A stretch of DNA of 63,927 nt, filler included, from Octopus bimaculoides (taxonomy: Eukaryota): the NCBI RefSeq assembly GCF_001194135.2. It is 7 parts of 7 records of this genome, joined end to end, with 100 filler letters (N's around TTAATTAATTAA, not from the genome) between each part and the next. Parts side by side here need not be neighbours in the genome. Positions count along the whole stretch, not along the records: positions 11,913 to 43,473 come from NC_068998.1; 6 more parts are not named here. One strand, 5' to 3'. How positions within the stretch are numbered: position 1 is the stretch's first letter; the number at the start of each line of letters is the position of its first letter. Below the pieces are notes generated by a model. That model was not told the DNA's origin. It saw only the letters and a list, made by a program, of their open reading frames with translations, and ran no database searches. Position numbers and translations under genes: made by a program. This document shows, piece by piece, positions 12,391 to 23,900 of the stretch.

Positions 12391-14095
12391 CCCCAAACCT
12401 ACTGGCCCAAGACCTCTTAAAAATATGGAGGAGGAAATGCCTCACTATTCAAAAGTAACAATTGGGGATTGTCTCCCTTAGCTATTGGCTATTGACTTCT
12501 TGCTGTGCCACCATCTTATGGGCTAGCAGGAACCTCCTGAAATGCAAACATGGCCCCAAAATCCCCATTCTGGAGTTAAGTATGTTCTCTGGTTCAAGTG
12601 AACCCTTTAGGACTCTTGCATGTTCAGCTATGCATAATTGGCAACGCTTCGTCCCGTTGATGTTGGGGCCTGGGTTCTCGAGGATTCTCCATGAGATTGA
12701 GTATGGAATTCCATCGTCTCTTAGTTGCCAGACATGGCTGGCCAGTGATGTTATGTATCTCCTTTCCAGAACTCTGAAGGAGGATCTGTGGTTGGAGAGA
12801 CATTGCTCGAAAGAGTTCATGGAACACCCAGTGGGTGTGTGTTGTTGGTGCTGTATCTGCCGGTGTTGTTGTTGTTGCTGGGGCTGGGACTGCTGATGCT
12901 GGTGTCGCTGGATACATTGGATGTTCCGGGAACAGGTCTTCCTTTAGAGTTCCGGAAAGGAGGTATGCAACATCACTGGCCAGTCACGTCTGGTAACAAA
13001 GAAAGGATGGGATCTTATACTATTGTGAATTTCTTGGATGCTAACTTTAACCTCACTACATCATTTTATCAACCATACCATAAACCCAATAACAATATTA
13101 TTTATATACATGCACAGAATAATCATCATTGTAATATTATTAATAACATGCCTAATAACATTGAAAATAGAATTAACTTATCCTATAATGAAGAATTTTT
13201 TAATAAGCATAAAGACTATTATAAATTAGCTCTTAGGAAAGCTCTTAGGAAAGTACAACAAAATTATCAAGGATTTTTCTAATCATACTAACAGTGATAT
13301 GGATAGGAATTACAATAAACACACTACCAAATCCACACCACATAATAAATTAAAACACCCTGGCATGCAACTTAATTCTCTCAATAATGTTATTAATAAT
13401 AATATACCTAATTTTACAGACAATAGTTACGAGAAAAAAATTAACGAAAATAGTAACATGAAACAAAATCACTTTACAACACAAATCTTCTATTTCATCA
13501 CATTCTCTTAATAACTCACATAACTACATAACCAATTTTAATAATGTTAGAAATAATAATAATATTAAATGTAAACAGAAACCTATACCATATATTCGAA
13601 TGGGTGACCCAGCTAATACAAACCACCATACCAGTAAGAAAAACAATAACATCATTTGGATTATATTTCCTTTTGCTAAACATTTAAAGTCTTATTTTAT
13701 CAAATCTATTCAATCCATTATTAAATCAAACTTCGTAACTCTAAATATGCTAAGATATTTAATAACAAAATTATTAGATTTGGTCCCGTTTCTCCTAACC
13801 TATTTAAGATTATTTCCTCTTTTAACAATAGAAGATTAAACCATTACTACAATGAATTAACTTCCTCTACTACAAATACTAACCCCAATTATTCCAGTAG
13901 CTCCGTATCTAATACCAACAACTCTTATAATCACACTACCCCTATCTCCATTAATACATATACACATAACGATAGAATGCCTAATATTAGTAATAACTTC
14001 AATTACGCCAGTAATCCAGTTCACTATATATTAGTTGTGCTGATTCTGCCCATGAAAAAGGAACAAATAATACAATGTGACTGCAGGTCATGACA
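12335..14095. mobile_element. Rearranged Penelope-like element (PLE): inverted GIY-YIG/3' end (minus) plus RT-thumb/linker (plus)
   Basis: Minus 12482-12820: NHRSSF...TSLASHVW.L...W.IL...CQLC...LNSR (GIY-YIG C-terminus). Plus ~13020-13240: FLDANFNL...YHKPNNN..YIH. Plus ~13630: NIIWIIFPF. Plus ~13790-14095: IISSFNNRRL...QCDCR. Confidence 0.8.
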
Positions 14096-14430
14096 TCTGG
14101 GCAATGCCAGAATGCATTATTAGTATGTATATATTAAAAAAAAATTACCGAAAAGACAAATTCAAGGGAGCCAAATTCCAAAAGATGCCACTCTAAAGTA
14201 ACATCCCTTGATTCATTGTTTCATTCATGTGAATTTACAAGAAATCTCATGAACGAAGCGAGACTGTTTTCCCAAATGCAGGCGAACATCTTTCTCCATG
14301 TGATCGGCTAGAAAAATTTGTTAAGACACCTCAATAGTCTCCTACTTTTCTTAACATGAAACCAATGGTAGCCTTAATTTACAAATAAAGAAATTATATA
14401 TCCACCAATGCAATGTCGTTCGACATTTAC

Positions 14431-14465
<35 letters not shown>

Positions 14466-14466
<1 letters not shown>

Positions 14467-14948
14467 TCTAAATCTCTCAAAGAGAGATATTCAGTAACAG
14501 TTCTTTAAAGTAAAGGCTATTTGCCAACACAATGTGGCTGTTCTGGAGGGGACGATGATATTGTTGATTAGCTCCAGGAAACATCGTTTCCAGCTGGCGA
14601 TATGACACAATATGTGTCATTATTTTCTGAAAACTATTATTTTTGAAAACTATATATTCGAGAGGTGAATTCAGCAATATCACCTAGCCAAGCAGCTATT
14701 CTGTGTTGATGAACGGCAATAACCCAGAAACCAGCCTACAGATGTTGTTTTGCACTAGATGGGAGTGCTGAACTCCCTGTTCAAAAATATAAGGACACAG
14801 ATACTGGGTCGCAAAGTTAGTTGGAAACGATGTTACCTGGGGCTAAACAACAGTAACATCGTCCCCTCCAGGACAACCACTTTATCTTCGCAAATAGCCT
14901 TTACTTTAAAGAACTGCTACTGAATATCTCTCTTTGAGAGATTTAGAA
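14466..14948. mobile_element. MITE with ~130-bp terminal inverted repeats
   Basis: ttctaaatctctcaaaagagagatattcagtaacagttctttaaagtaaaggctatttg... matches the reverse complement of ...caaatagcctttactttaaagaactgctactgaatatctctctttgagagatttagaa. No ORF. Confidence 0.8.
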
Positions 14949-14989
14949 ATAATAATATTTCTATTTTTAGATCAGTAATTGTGTGTCAC

Positions 14990-15245
14990 TTTGAAAACTA
15001 TATATTCGAGAGGTGAATTCAGTAACGCCACCTAGCCAAGCAGCCACTCTGTGTTGATAAAAAGCAATAACTCAGAAACTGGTCCACAGATGTTGTTTTG
15101 CGCTGGATGGGAGTGCTGAAAATATAAGGACACAGATTTTGTGTTGTATAGCCAGCTGGAAACGATGTTTTCCTGGGGCTAAACAACAGTAACATCATCC
15201 CCTCCAGGACAGCCACATTATGTCAGCAAATAGCCTTTACTTTAT
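14990..15245 (+). repeat. Partial tandem copy of the MITE (internal region plus part of the right TIR)
   Basis: tttgaaaactatatattcgagaggtgaattcag...caaatagcctttacttt repeats 14642-14907 with substitutions and a small deletion. Confidence 0.8.
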
Positions 15246-15256
15246 ATATGTATATA

Positions 15257-15470
15257 CTTTTACTTTTTTCAGTCATTTGACTGCAGCCATGCTGGAGCAC
15301 CACCTTAAAGGCATTTAGTGAAAGAAATTGGCCCCAGAATTTATTATTTGTAAGCCGAGTACTTATTCTATCGGACTCTTTTGCTGAACTGCTAAGTTAT
15401 GGGGACATAAACACACTAGCATCGGTTGATCAGCGATGGTGGGGAGACAAACACAGACACACACACAAAC
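15257..15470. mobile_element. Short interspersed repeat (second copy 45836-46030)
   Basis: cagtcatttgactgcagccatgctggagcacc...gctaagttatggggacataaacac is shared with the 45.8-46.0 kb copy. Both end in (CA)n. Confidence 0.7.
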
Positions 15471-15492
15471 ATATACATATATACATACATAA

Positions 15493-15565
<73 letters not shown>

Positions 15566-15620
15566 ACGAATGAGATAAAGAGACCAATGGCATAAATAAA
15601 TTTATATTTTATGTAGAATG

Positions 15621-15667
15621 TCTTACAGCTGTTTCAAGGAAAATTCAATGTATCCCTTCATCGGAGA
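15621..15667 (-). ncRNA. Minimal type I hammerhead ribozyme
   Basis: TCT-CCGATGA-AGGGA(tacattgaattt)TCCTT-GAAAC-AGCT-GTA-AGA: core CYGANGA/GAAA, 5-bp stem II, palindromic ACAGCTGT stem III, stem I TCT/AGA. Confidence 0.7.
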
Positions 15668-17939
15668 TGGTAATAGTAGAAGATAAGGATTATTACATCT
15701 GTATGAAGAGATTTGTAGTAAGAAATGAGAGCGATGCGGAGAAGAAAAAACAAAGAAGAAAAAGTACTTGGAGTATAGTTCCATTCCAAAAGTAAATATC
15801 CATGTATAGAATCCGTGTGGGTATTTTCCAGTGATAATTATAGTTATATTGGTGGATATATATCATTTCGTATCCAGTTTACTCTGTGGGTTGTTTACTT
15901 AAAGGACAGCCCGAAGTGAGTGGAAGATGTGTGTAAGATTGTGAGATCAAGCCATAAGACAGGAAGGAAGGAGGAGGAAATATTTAAGGGAGAAATGAAG
16001 GTAGTAGTGCAAGCAGTAGGCTATAAATAGATGAATAGAGGAAGATGTGTAAGAGATTGTGAGGTCAGTTATACGGACAGGAGGGAAGGTAGAAGGAAAG
16101 AGAACAAAGGAAAGAAGACAGGGGTGGAAGTATAAGTGTTGTAAAGAAATGGATAGGTGGAGAAAGGGAGTGTTAAGAGATAAAGTGAAGTAGTAAAGGG
16201 AGGCAGTTACAGTTGTGTTCAGTGTCAGGATAGGAAGGAACCAGTAGGGGGTGATGATGTTGGTGGGGTTCGAAAAGTAGTAATAAAAAGGAAAAATGTA
16301 TAATAAGAGAGAAAGGTAGTAGCGTTAATATTCTGTAAATATAGTTGAAAATTAATTTGAAGGATGGTAGTAGGGGAACCTAATAGCTAACTAATAAAGG
16401 AACATATATACTTATACATATAATTACAAGTGTGAATCAAGTTGTTTGGGGTTACCTATGGAAATTGTGGGAGTACGTTGTGTGGTCATTTATGCATTTG
16501 TGTCTGTGATAGAATTTGAATGTATGGAAGAAATGGTGATTACAGGTGCTAAGTGCTTTGTTATACCTATTAAGTAGTATGGGAGAATTGTATTTTAAAA
16601 TATGGAATGCTTCCTTCAAGCAAGGTTTGCAATTAGAGCGCTGGCCTTGGTATGGAATTCCTGAGTCCAGTATAGTGGGTATTTGTGTTTTTGAGGTGGT
16701 GAATGTGGTTGGCTAGTGTTGTAGATTTGCTGTGCTTATCATATCTAAAAGAGTGAAGGTGAGCTGCATAACATTGCTTGAAATTTTTAGTTGAACCTAT
16801 GTATGTAGCTGTAGAGTTATGTAGCAGATTGGCAACAGTGCATTTGTATATTACGTTGTATCTTACGCAATATGTTTGTAGCGAGCAAATTGCCCCGGAG
16901 CAACAGTTACAAGTAGATGAAGCTTGGGGGTTGTGTTCTGTGGTGGATGAGGTGATATTGTCGGAGGATAGGTTATATGAGGATGTAGAGGAATCTAGAT
17001 CAATGCAATCATTACTGTTATAGTTATTATTACCTCTATTGTTATTATTAGAAGATATAGTAGTATTATTTCGGGGTGTACTAGTGGGCTGGGATATATT
17101 ATGGTCGTGTTCAAGTGTACGAGTATCCGTGCTAGATGTACATGTGTGAATGTCTATGTTGGGTATATGTGTGTGCTGAGTGCTAGTATTACTATCGTTA
17201 TGATTGTGTGAGTTTTGATAATAGAGTGAGAGTTTATGTTTATTAGAAGTTGCTATAATAGATTCGAAGCTAGGCGTGGTTGAATAAGACAATTTCAAAG
17301 TGGATCTGTTAAATATAGAATGGTATTTNNNNNNNNNNGGGGGGGGGGTATACTATAGTATAGAGCGGCCGCCGCTTTTTTGGGGGGTTCTGTACAAATT
17401 ATAATCTAAGTATTTTGGTAGAGAAGTGCTATCTACTTGGATTTAGACCTCGTGTTATAGGTGTGTTTGTGGGGTCTGTTGGAGAGTGTGGGTGGTTGGT
17501 TGCGGTTGTGATGATTGGTATGTCTTTGGAATGTGATTTGGGATATAAGTTGTTTAAGTCTGGTGTTATGGATGTATTTTATTTGTTGGGAGAAACCACT
17601 AGCGGCAAGAGCTTGATTGTAGTATGGAGAGTGATTGTTGAAGATTTCCTCGGAAGAGGATAGATCAGATATGCAGGTTGAAATACCCTTGACTATGTTA
17701 TCGAAAGTAGATTTGTGGTGATTGGAGTGTACGTTGAGGTATTTCAGGTATCGGTTAGGTTTATGATATGGGGAGTATTGTGAGTTTGATAAGTTTAGAG
17801 TAACGTCTAGAAAGTTAGCAGTTTTATATGATGCATAGATTTAGAATTCTTCTTTGTTTTTTCTTCTCTGCATCGCTCCCATTTCTTTCTGCAAATCTCC
17901 TCATACAGATGTAATAATCCTTATCTTCTACTATTACCA

Positions 17940-17986
17940 TCTTCGATGAAGGGATACATTGAATTTTCCCTGAAACAGCTGTAAGA
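17940..17986 (+). ncRNA. Minimal type I hammerhead ribozyme (C3->U variant)
   Basis: TCT-TCGATGA-AGGGA...TCCCT-GAAAC-AGCT-GTA-AGA. Stem II is perfect but the first core C is T. Confidence 0.6.
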
Positions 17987-18192
17987 CATTCTACATAAAA
18001 TATAAATTTATTTATGCCATTGGTCTCTTTATCTCATTCTTTTTATATATACACACGCAAATACACAACCCATGTTATATTCTCCATTTATGTTGCAACC
18101 ACATCTGGGGCAAAACTAGTCAATATACAGCACTTACTTGGTATTACGTGTATCATTAGGGTCTGGTTGACTTCATTACCCTTCATAACCTT

Positions 18193-18223
<31 letters not shown>

Positions 18224-18229
18224 ACATGA

Positions 18230-18385
18230 TGGGCTTTTTTCAAGTTCCGTCAACCAGATCCACTCACAAGACTTTGGTCAGTCCAAGGCAATAGTAGATG
18301 ACACTTGCCTAAGGTGCCACACAGTGGGACTGAACCTAAAACCATGTGGTTGGGAATCAAGCTTCTTACCACACAGCCTGACCTG
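18230..18385 (-). mobile_element. tRNA-derived SINE (same family at 46567-46620, 58320-58415 and 60385-60544)
   Basis: Minus: ggctgtgtggtaagaagcttgattcccaaccacatggttttaggttcagtcccactgtgtggcaccttaggcaagtg...gaaaaaagccc. The plus-strand copy at 60385 matches. Confidence 0.75.
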
Positions 18386-18409
18386 TATATATATATATAT
18401 TTAAATAAT

Positions 18410-19239
18410 AAGGGTGATAAATTGTATATTTTCATTTGTCTTGCCCGTTCATGAGTGCTAAATTTCCCTTCCAAAATTCACTTGTCTGTGATGAAAAATA
18501 CTCCTCCAGTACTGTTCTGACCTAATCTACAGAATTCATATTTTTTCCATCCAAATGATTTTGAAAACTGCAGAATAAATGATAATCAGATGGAGCAATG
18601 TCCAGCGAATATGATGGGTGGGACAGCATTTCCCATTCAAACTGCTCAAGCCTTTGGAATGTCATCCTCACTGTATGTGGCTGAGCATTATCCTGATGGA
18701 AGAATACCTTTCGTCTTCAAACCAAAGATGGTTGCTTTTCTTCTAGTGCTGGTGTCGATGAATGGTTGACTGACCAAATTCAAGCTTCTCTGCTGGTTTC
18801 TCAACAATTACGATGGGATTTTGTTTCACCAGGGTTTGCAGGATGTCCTTGTCATGCTCTACAGATCTTCCAGGATGATGCTTGTCTTCTAGGCTGTAGT
18901 TTCTGGCTCAGAATTTCTGGAACCACCATTGACACTGGTTTACACTTATTGTCTGATCCCCATATACTGCATTAATATTCTTCACATTTTCCATTTCATC
19001 GTTGCCTTTATTGAACTCATAAAACAAAATATGGCGAATATGCTCCTTTGTCACTTCTATTATAGCTTTGAAGAAATAACTGTTAAAATTGAACGGCAAA
19101 AACATTCACTATGAATAAGTACTAGGTAAAATTATTACCTGCTTTTATAGCAAGTTGATGTAGGTAGTTTATCCCATTCTCCTCCAACTATTAGTTCATG
19201 CAATTGAAAAAAAAACACATTATTTATGGGATGACCCAA
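18410..19239 (-). mobile_element. Decayed, internally deleted mariner
   Basis: Terminus TTGGGTCATCCCATAAATAA next to TA. Minus EVTKEHIRHILFYEFNKG...VYGDQTISVNQCQWWFQKF and a C-terminal H.SYSLDIAPSDYHLF motif. Confidence 0.8.
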
Positions 19240-19320
19240 TATATATATATATATATACATACATTTATATATTTATATATAGATATGTATGTATGTAATA
19301 TATATATATATATGTATATG

Positions 19321-20247
19321 TGACCTTTTCTCATATATGTATAATTATTTTATTTTGTCATGTTTGTTTTCATCATTGTCCTGTACATTCAGTAGCTATA
19401 CTCAGTGGTTTCTCATCACTGGTGCCACCAAGAGTGAACAATATCATCGTTAAAGGTGTGAAATTGTTATGATCTTTTGGATGATGACTGATGAGGAATT
19501 GGTTCCAAAATTTCCGTTTGTTGTGTTCTTGTTAAATTTTTGGAACGTTATTTGATGTAACACCAGGCACATTTTTCTTATTTTTTTTTTACTCATTCTC
19601 TAGAATATTCAGTTGAATATTTTTTGTTCAATGTCTGTTTCCTTCTCTTCTCTCTTTGTCTTTCTTTTGCCTTCCTCTCCTTGTCTCTCTCTTTCTTTTG
19701 CCTTCCTCTCTCTTTCCCTCTCTAACACTTTCGTCTGTGTTGCTTTTGTCCCTCGGCCTTTCACCACTCTTTCTCTCCTCCCACTACCACATGACCCGTG
19801 ACCACATCTCTTTCTCATCTATTTTTTCCTTTTTTGCCTCAAGTTTGACTCCTCCACTTTCTTATACAGTTTGTTTTTAACTTTTGTTCTGACTTTCTAC
19901 CTGTCCCTTTCTTGCTTCCAGCCCTACAAGACTTTGCATTACTCTTCACCTGTCCATCTTGCAGCCACATGACCTTTTTTCTTTGTATATGTATAATTAT
20001 TTTATTTTGTTGTATTTGTTTTCGTCATTGTCCTGTATGTTTGTTAGCTATTCCTGGTGGTTTCTTGCTGCTGGCACCACCAAGGATGTACAGTATCATC
20101 ATTAAAGGTATGAAATTGTTATGATCTTTTTGACATTGATTGATGAGGAATTGGCTTTAAAATTTCTGTTCGTTGTGTTTTTGTTAAATTTTTGGAACAT
20201 TATCTAATGTAATGTCATGCACTTTCTTCTTATTTTTTACTCATTCT
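19321..20247 (+). repeat. Diverged ~280-bp direct repeats (19321-19599 and 19970-20247) around a CT-rich spacer
   Basis: tgacctttt...gtataattattttattttgt...aaaggt(g/a)tgaaattgttatgatcttt...gttaaatttttggaac...actcattct is present twice. Confidence 0.8.
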
Positions 20248-20549
20248 ATGTATGTATGTATATATGTTGTATGTATGTGTTGTGGAAGGATTCTGACCAC
20301 CCCCAAGTGACTAAAAGTGGACTCACACATTGCTATAAAATAAAGAACTCTCAACAGTTCAGGGTAAGCAGTTCACTGTGAGTTGTTGGCAGAGAGCGTT
20401 TAACCTCATCTAACAGTAACAGTAGTGCATTGTGTGAATACTTTCTTTCACCCTGCTTCGCTAAATTATATATCCAGCATCAGGATATAAAAGTGGCAAC
20501 GAGTTGTTTGAAGCTTGCATTGGGCGTTTAGAATTTTCTATTTTTTGGT

Positions 20550-21510
20550 ATGAAACCAAAGAAAAATCATTTAACATTGAGGACTTATTGGCCTCTGTGG
20601 TGCAGTTGCAACAGCAGTAACAACAATAGCAACTACAACAGCAACAACAGCAACTACAACAGCAACTACAACAGCAACAACAGCAACTACAACAGTAACA
20701 ATAACAAACCAACAATTGCTGGAATTCATGTTGAAGAAGTCTGAAAATAATTCAGGTTTGTACTCGCCAGACAGCGTAGCAAACTCACTTGAAGAATTCA
20801 GTTAAAATCCAGAAGAATTGATTACCTTCTCTGCATATTTTCGAAGACATGAAGAAATCTTCACAGAAGAATGTAAAAATTGGTCTGATGAGAAAAATGC
20901 ATGACTACTTTTAAGAAAGTTATCCCCTGCTAAACACGAAAAATATAGTAACTATATTCTGCCAAAGAAACCAGGTGAGATTTGTTTCAATGAAACAATT
21001 TTGTTATCGAAAATTTTCAGTGAAAGAAGTTCCCTGTTCAATATTCAGTGGCAGTGTTGAAATTTGGTCACCTATGCTGGGGTTGTTAACAGAGAATGTG
21101 AAAAATTCAAATTAAATGAATTAACCCCGGACATGTTCAAATGTTTAATTTTTGATCAAGGGCTAACTGCAAACAAAAATGCTGGTATATGTTCCCAGAT
21201 ATTAACAAAATTAGAACAGAACCAAAAATTAACTCTACAGGTACTAGCAGAAGAATTCCAGAGGATTATAAATTTAAGACATGATGCAGATAAAATTGAA
21301 GGAAAAGATTGCTCTCATATTCACGTGTCAACCAGTAACAGATAAAAAAAAACGAGAAAAAATGTCAAGACCGAATCCATGTTACAGGTGCGGTGGTCGA
21401 CATTTTAAAAGTAACTGTCCATTTAAAAATATGAAATGCTTCAAGTGTGGTAAAATAGGTCATAAAAAATCACACTGTAACACTAAACCTAAAAAACAGT
21501 TCAACAGATA
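20550..21510 (+). pseudogene. gag: Gypsy gag (poly-Gln N-terminus, Cys-rich zinc-knuckle region)
   Basis: CAA/CAG run at 20602-20700 and CYRCGGRHFKSNCPFKNMKCFKCGKIGHKKSHC. Stops and frameshifts. Confidence 0.8.
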
Positions 21511-21572
21511 AAATCATGTAAGCAGGTTATTGGTGACAAGAAATACGAATGAGCCTCAAAGGAAATTTGTGA

Positions 21573-23900
21573 ATGGAAAAATTAATAACAAACATAAAGT
21601 TACAATTGGATATGGGCAGTGATATCTCAATAATTAACACAGATACAAGGAAAAAAATTGGGAAACCTAGATTAAAAGAAACTTTGAAAATTGTACGTGT
21701 TGTTTCAGGAAAAGAATTACATTTTAAGGGTGAAATGTTAAGTGATGCTACATTTCATGGAAAAACCTTAAAAGCTAAAGTTTTTGGAACAGACTGAATG
21801 GAATTATTTAACTTAAATCTTTTTTGTAAAAATATGAATGGCTTTCCCACTATTACAAATAAGTCATCTGACGAATTAAAAAAAATTAAAAAGATTTTTC
21901 CTGAAGTTTTGTCACATGAATTAGGTTTGTGCACAAAAACAAAGGTGAAGTTTCCAGTAAAAGAAAACACCATACTGGTATTTTAACCAAAGTGAACTGT
22001 ACCATTCGCAGCATTAGAACAGATAAACTTAGAATTAGAGAGATTAGAAAAAATTGGAGTTATCCAAAAAGTGGAATATCACCAAATGAGTATCACCAAC
22101 CGCGTATGTTAAGAAAAAGAATAATAAAATCAGAGTGTGTGCTGATTTTCCCACTGGTTTAAACAAATGTCTTAAAACATTCCACTGTCCACTACCTACC
22201 CTGGAGGACATATTTGGGAAATTAAATGGTGGCAAGATATTTTCTAAATTGGTTTTCTCTGATGTGTACCTACAAATTAGAGTAGATGGTGAATGCTCTA
22301 AATACTTAACAATTAACACACATAAAGGGCGATATAAATACAACAGGTTACCATTTGGATTAAAAGTCACACCGGCAATTTTTCAACATATTATGGATGC
22401 AATGTTAGTGGACTGTGAATTCACAATTCCATATCTGGATGATATACTCATAAGAAGCAAGTCCCAGGACAAACATGTAGAGCACGTAAAACATGTGTTC
22501 AAAAAAATTAGTGATTATGACTTTACTTTGAGTGAAGACAAGTGTGAATTTTTCTTACCACAAAGAAAATATTTTGGACAAATCATTGACAGAAATGGAC
22601 ATTGACCAGATCCGTCAAGGGCAGATGAAATTAAAAATATGTCTCCTCTGATAAATATAATGACCTTTCAAACTTTTTTGGGACTGGCAAATTATTACCA
22701 AAATTATAGTCCAAATATGCATAAGGTAAGAGTTCCACTAAATAATCTATTAAAAGAAGATGTAAAGTGGAATTGGTCTGAAAATTGTCAGGTGTTTGAC
22801 GAAATTAAAAAATATTAACATCTGATTTATTGTTAGCATTCTTCAGCCTGCAGTGGAGATTGTAATAGCTTCAGATGCCTCTGAGTATGGTATAGGAGCA
22901 ATAATGCAACATAAATATAAAGATAGTAACATGAAGGTGGTGGTTCATGCCACATGTTCTCTTATATCAGCAGCTAAATTGAAAAAGAAGCTCTAGTGAT
23001 TATTTTTGCCGTAAAAAAATTCATAGATTTTTACATGGTAGAAGTTTTCGACTACAGACTGATCAGTGTCCATTATTATTGATTTACGGGTTGAAGAAAA
23101 AATCCCTACCTATACTGCTAAAAGATTGCAATGCTGGGGTACTACATTAATAAACTAGGATTTTAAGAATGAAATCATTAATGAGAAGTTATGTATATTG
23201 GCCAACAATGGACTGTAATGTTGAAGAAATAGTGAAAGCATGCAGAGGCTGTGCCCTAGCTGCAAAAGCACCTACCACTAAATGGCAGTTGTGGCCCAAA
23301 ACAAATATTCCATGGTCCAGACTGCATGTTAATTATGCAGGTTCACTTAAGAGTTCATATTACCTTGTTGTGGTGGACAGTTTTTCAAAGTGGCCTGCAG
23401 TGCATAAGTGTAAAAAGCCAACATCTGTAGTTACAGTAAGATTTTTACACAAATTGTTCACCAGATATGGTATTCCCGATACCATTGTGTCTGATAACAG
23501 AACTCAATTTTCTTCAGATGAGTTCAGAAAATTTTGTAAAATGTTCATTATTATACATGTGACCACTCCACCGTATCATTCTAAGTCAAATAGACAAGTG
23601 GAGCGTTTTGTTGACACTATGAAGAGGGTGTTGAAAAAGGCAAACAATGAAGTAATGGATGACCTTGCACTTCAACAATTTCTAAGAGTGTACTGAGTAA
23701 CACCTAATCTGAATATCCCGTCTGGAATGTCACCTGTAGAATTGATGTTTGTTAGAAAGATCCATTTTTGAAAGTTGATACCTAGTGAAAATAGAAAAAA
23801 GGTGGACAACAAAGGTACTTCAAAATTCTTCAAGTTAGGTGACAAAATTTTTTTTAAACCTATAGATATGGTAAAGAAAGCTGGGAGAATGGAGTAATTA
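21573..23900 (+). pseudogene. pol: Gypsy pol (protease-RT-RNase H-integrase), disrupted, with a deletion after RNase H
   Basis: LQLDMGSDISII; CADF..GLN; LPFGLKVTPAIFQ; PYLDDILI; WSRLHVNYAG; IVSDNRTQF; PPYHSKSN.QVERF. Confidence 0.88.

Larger units (their letters stand above)
15568..18039 (-). mobile_element. 5'-truncated Penelope-like element with inverted pseudo-LTR ends (15568-15760 and 17847-18039)
   Basis: Minus RT thumb FLDVTLNL...PYHKPNRYLKYLNVHSNH (~17560-17830). GIY-YIG CNC..C..C..NVIY...YIGSTKNFKQ..AHLHSF (16633-16930). The 193-bp inverted ends differ at ~7 positions. Confidence 0.88.

Noticed and set aside
14466-15245. CRISPR-like or prokaryotic system
   Set aside because: The repeats are long TIRs and duplications in eukaryotic TE context; there is no repeat-spacer periodicity and no cas-like ORF anywhere in the window.
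17329-17390. G-run, tactatagta palindrome and GCGGCCGC (NotI) next to a small gap
   Set aside because: Lies at a contig edge inside a PLE linker; most likely a low-quality or adapter-like artefact.
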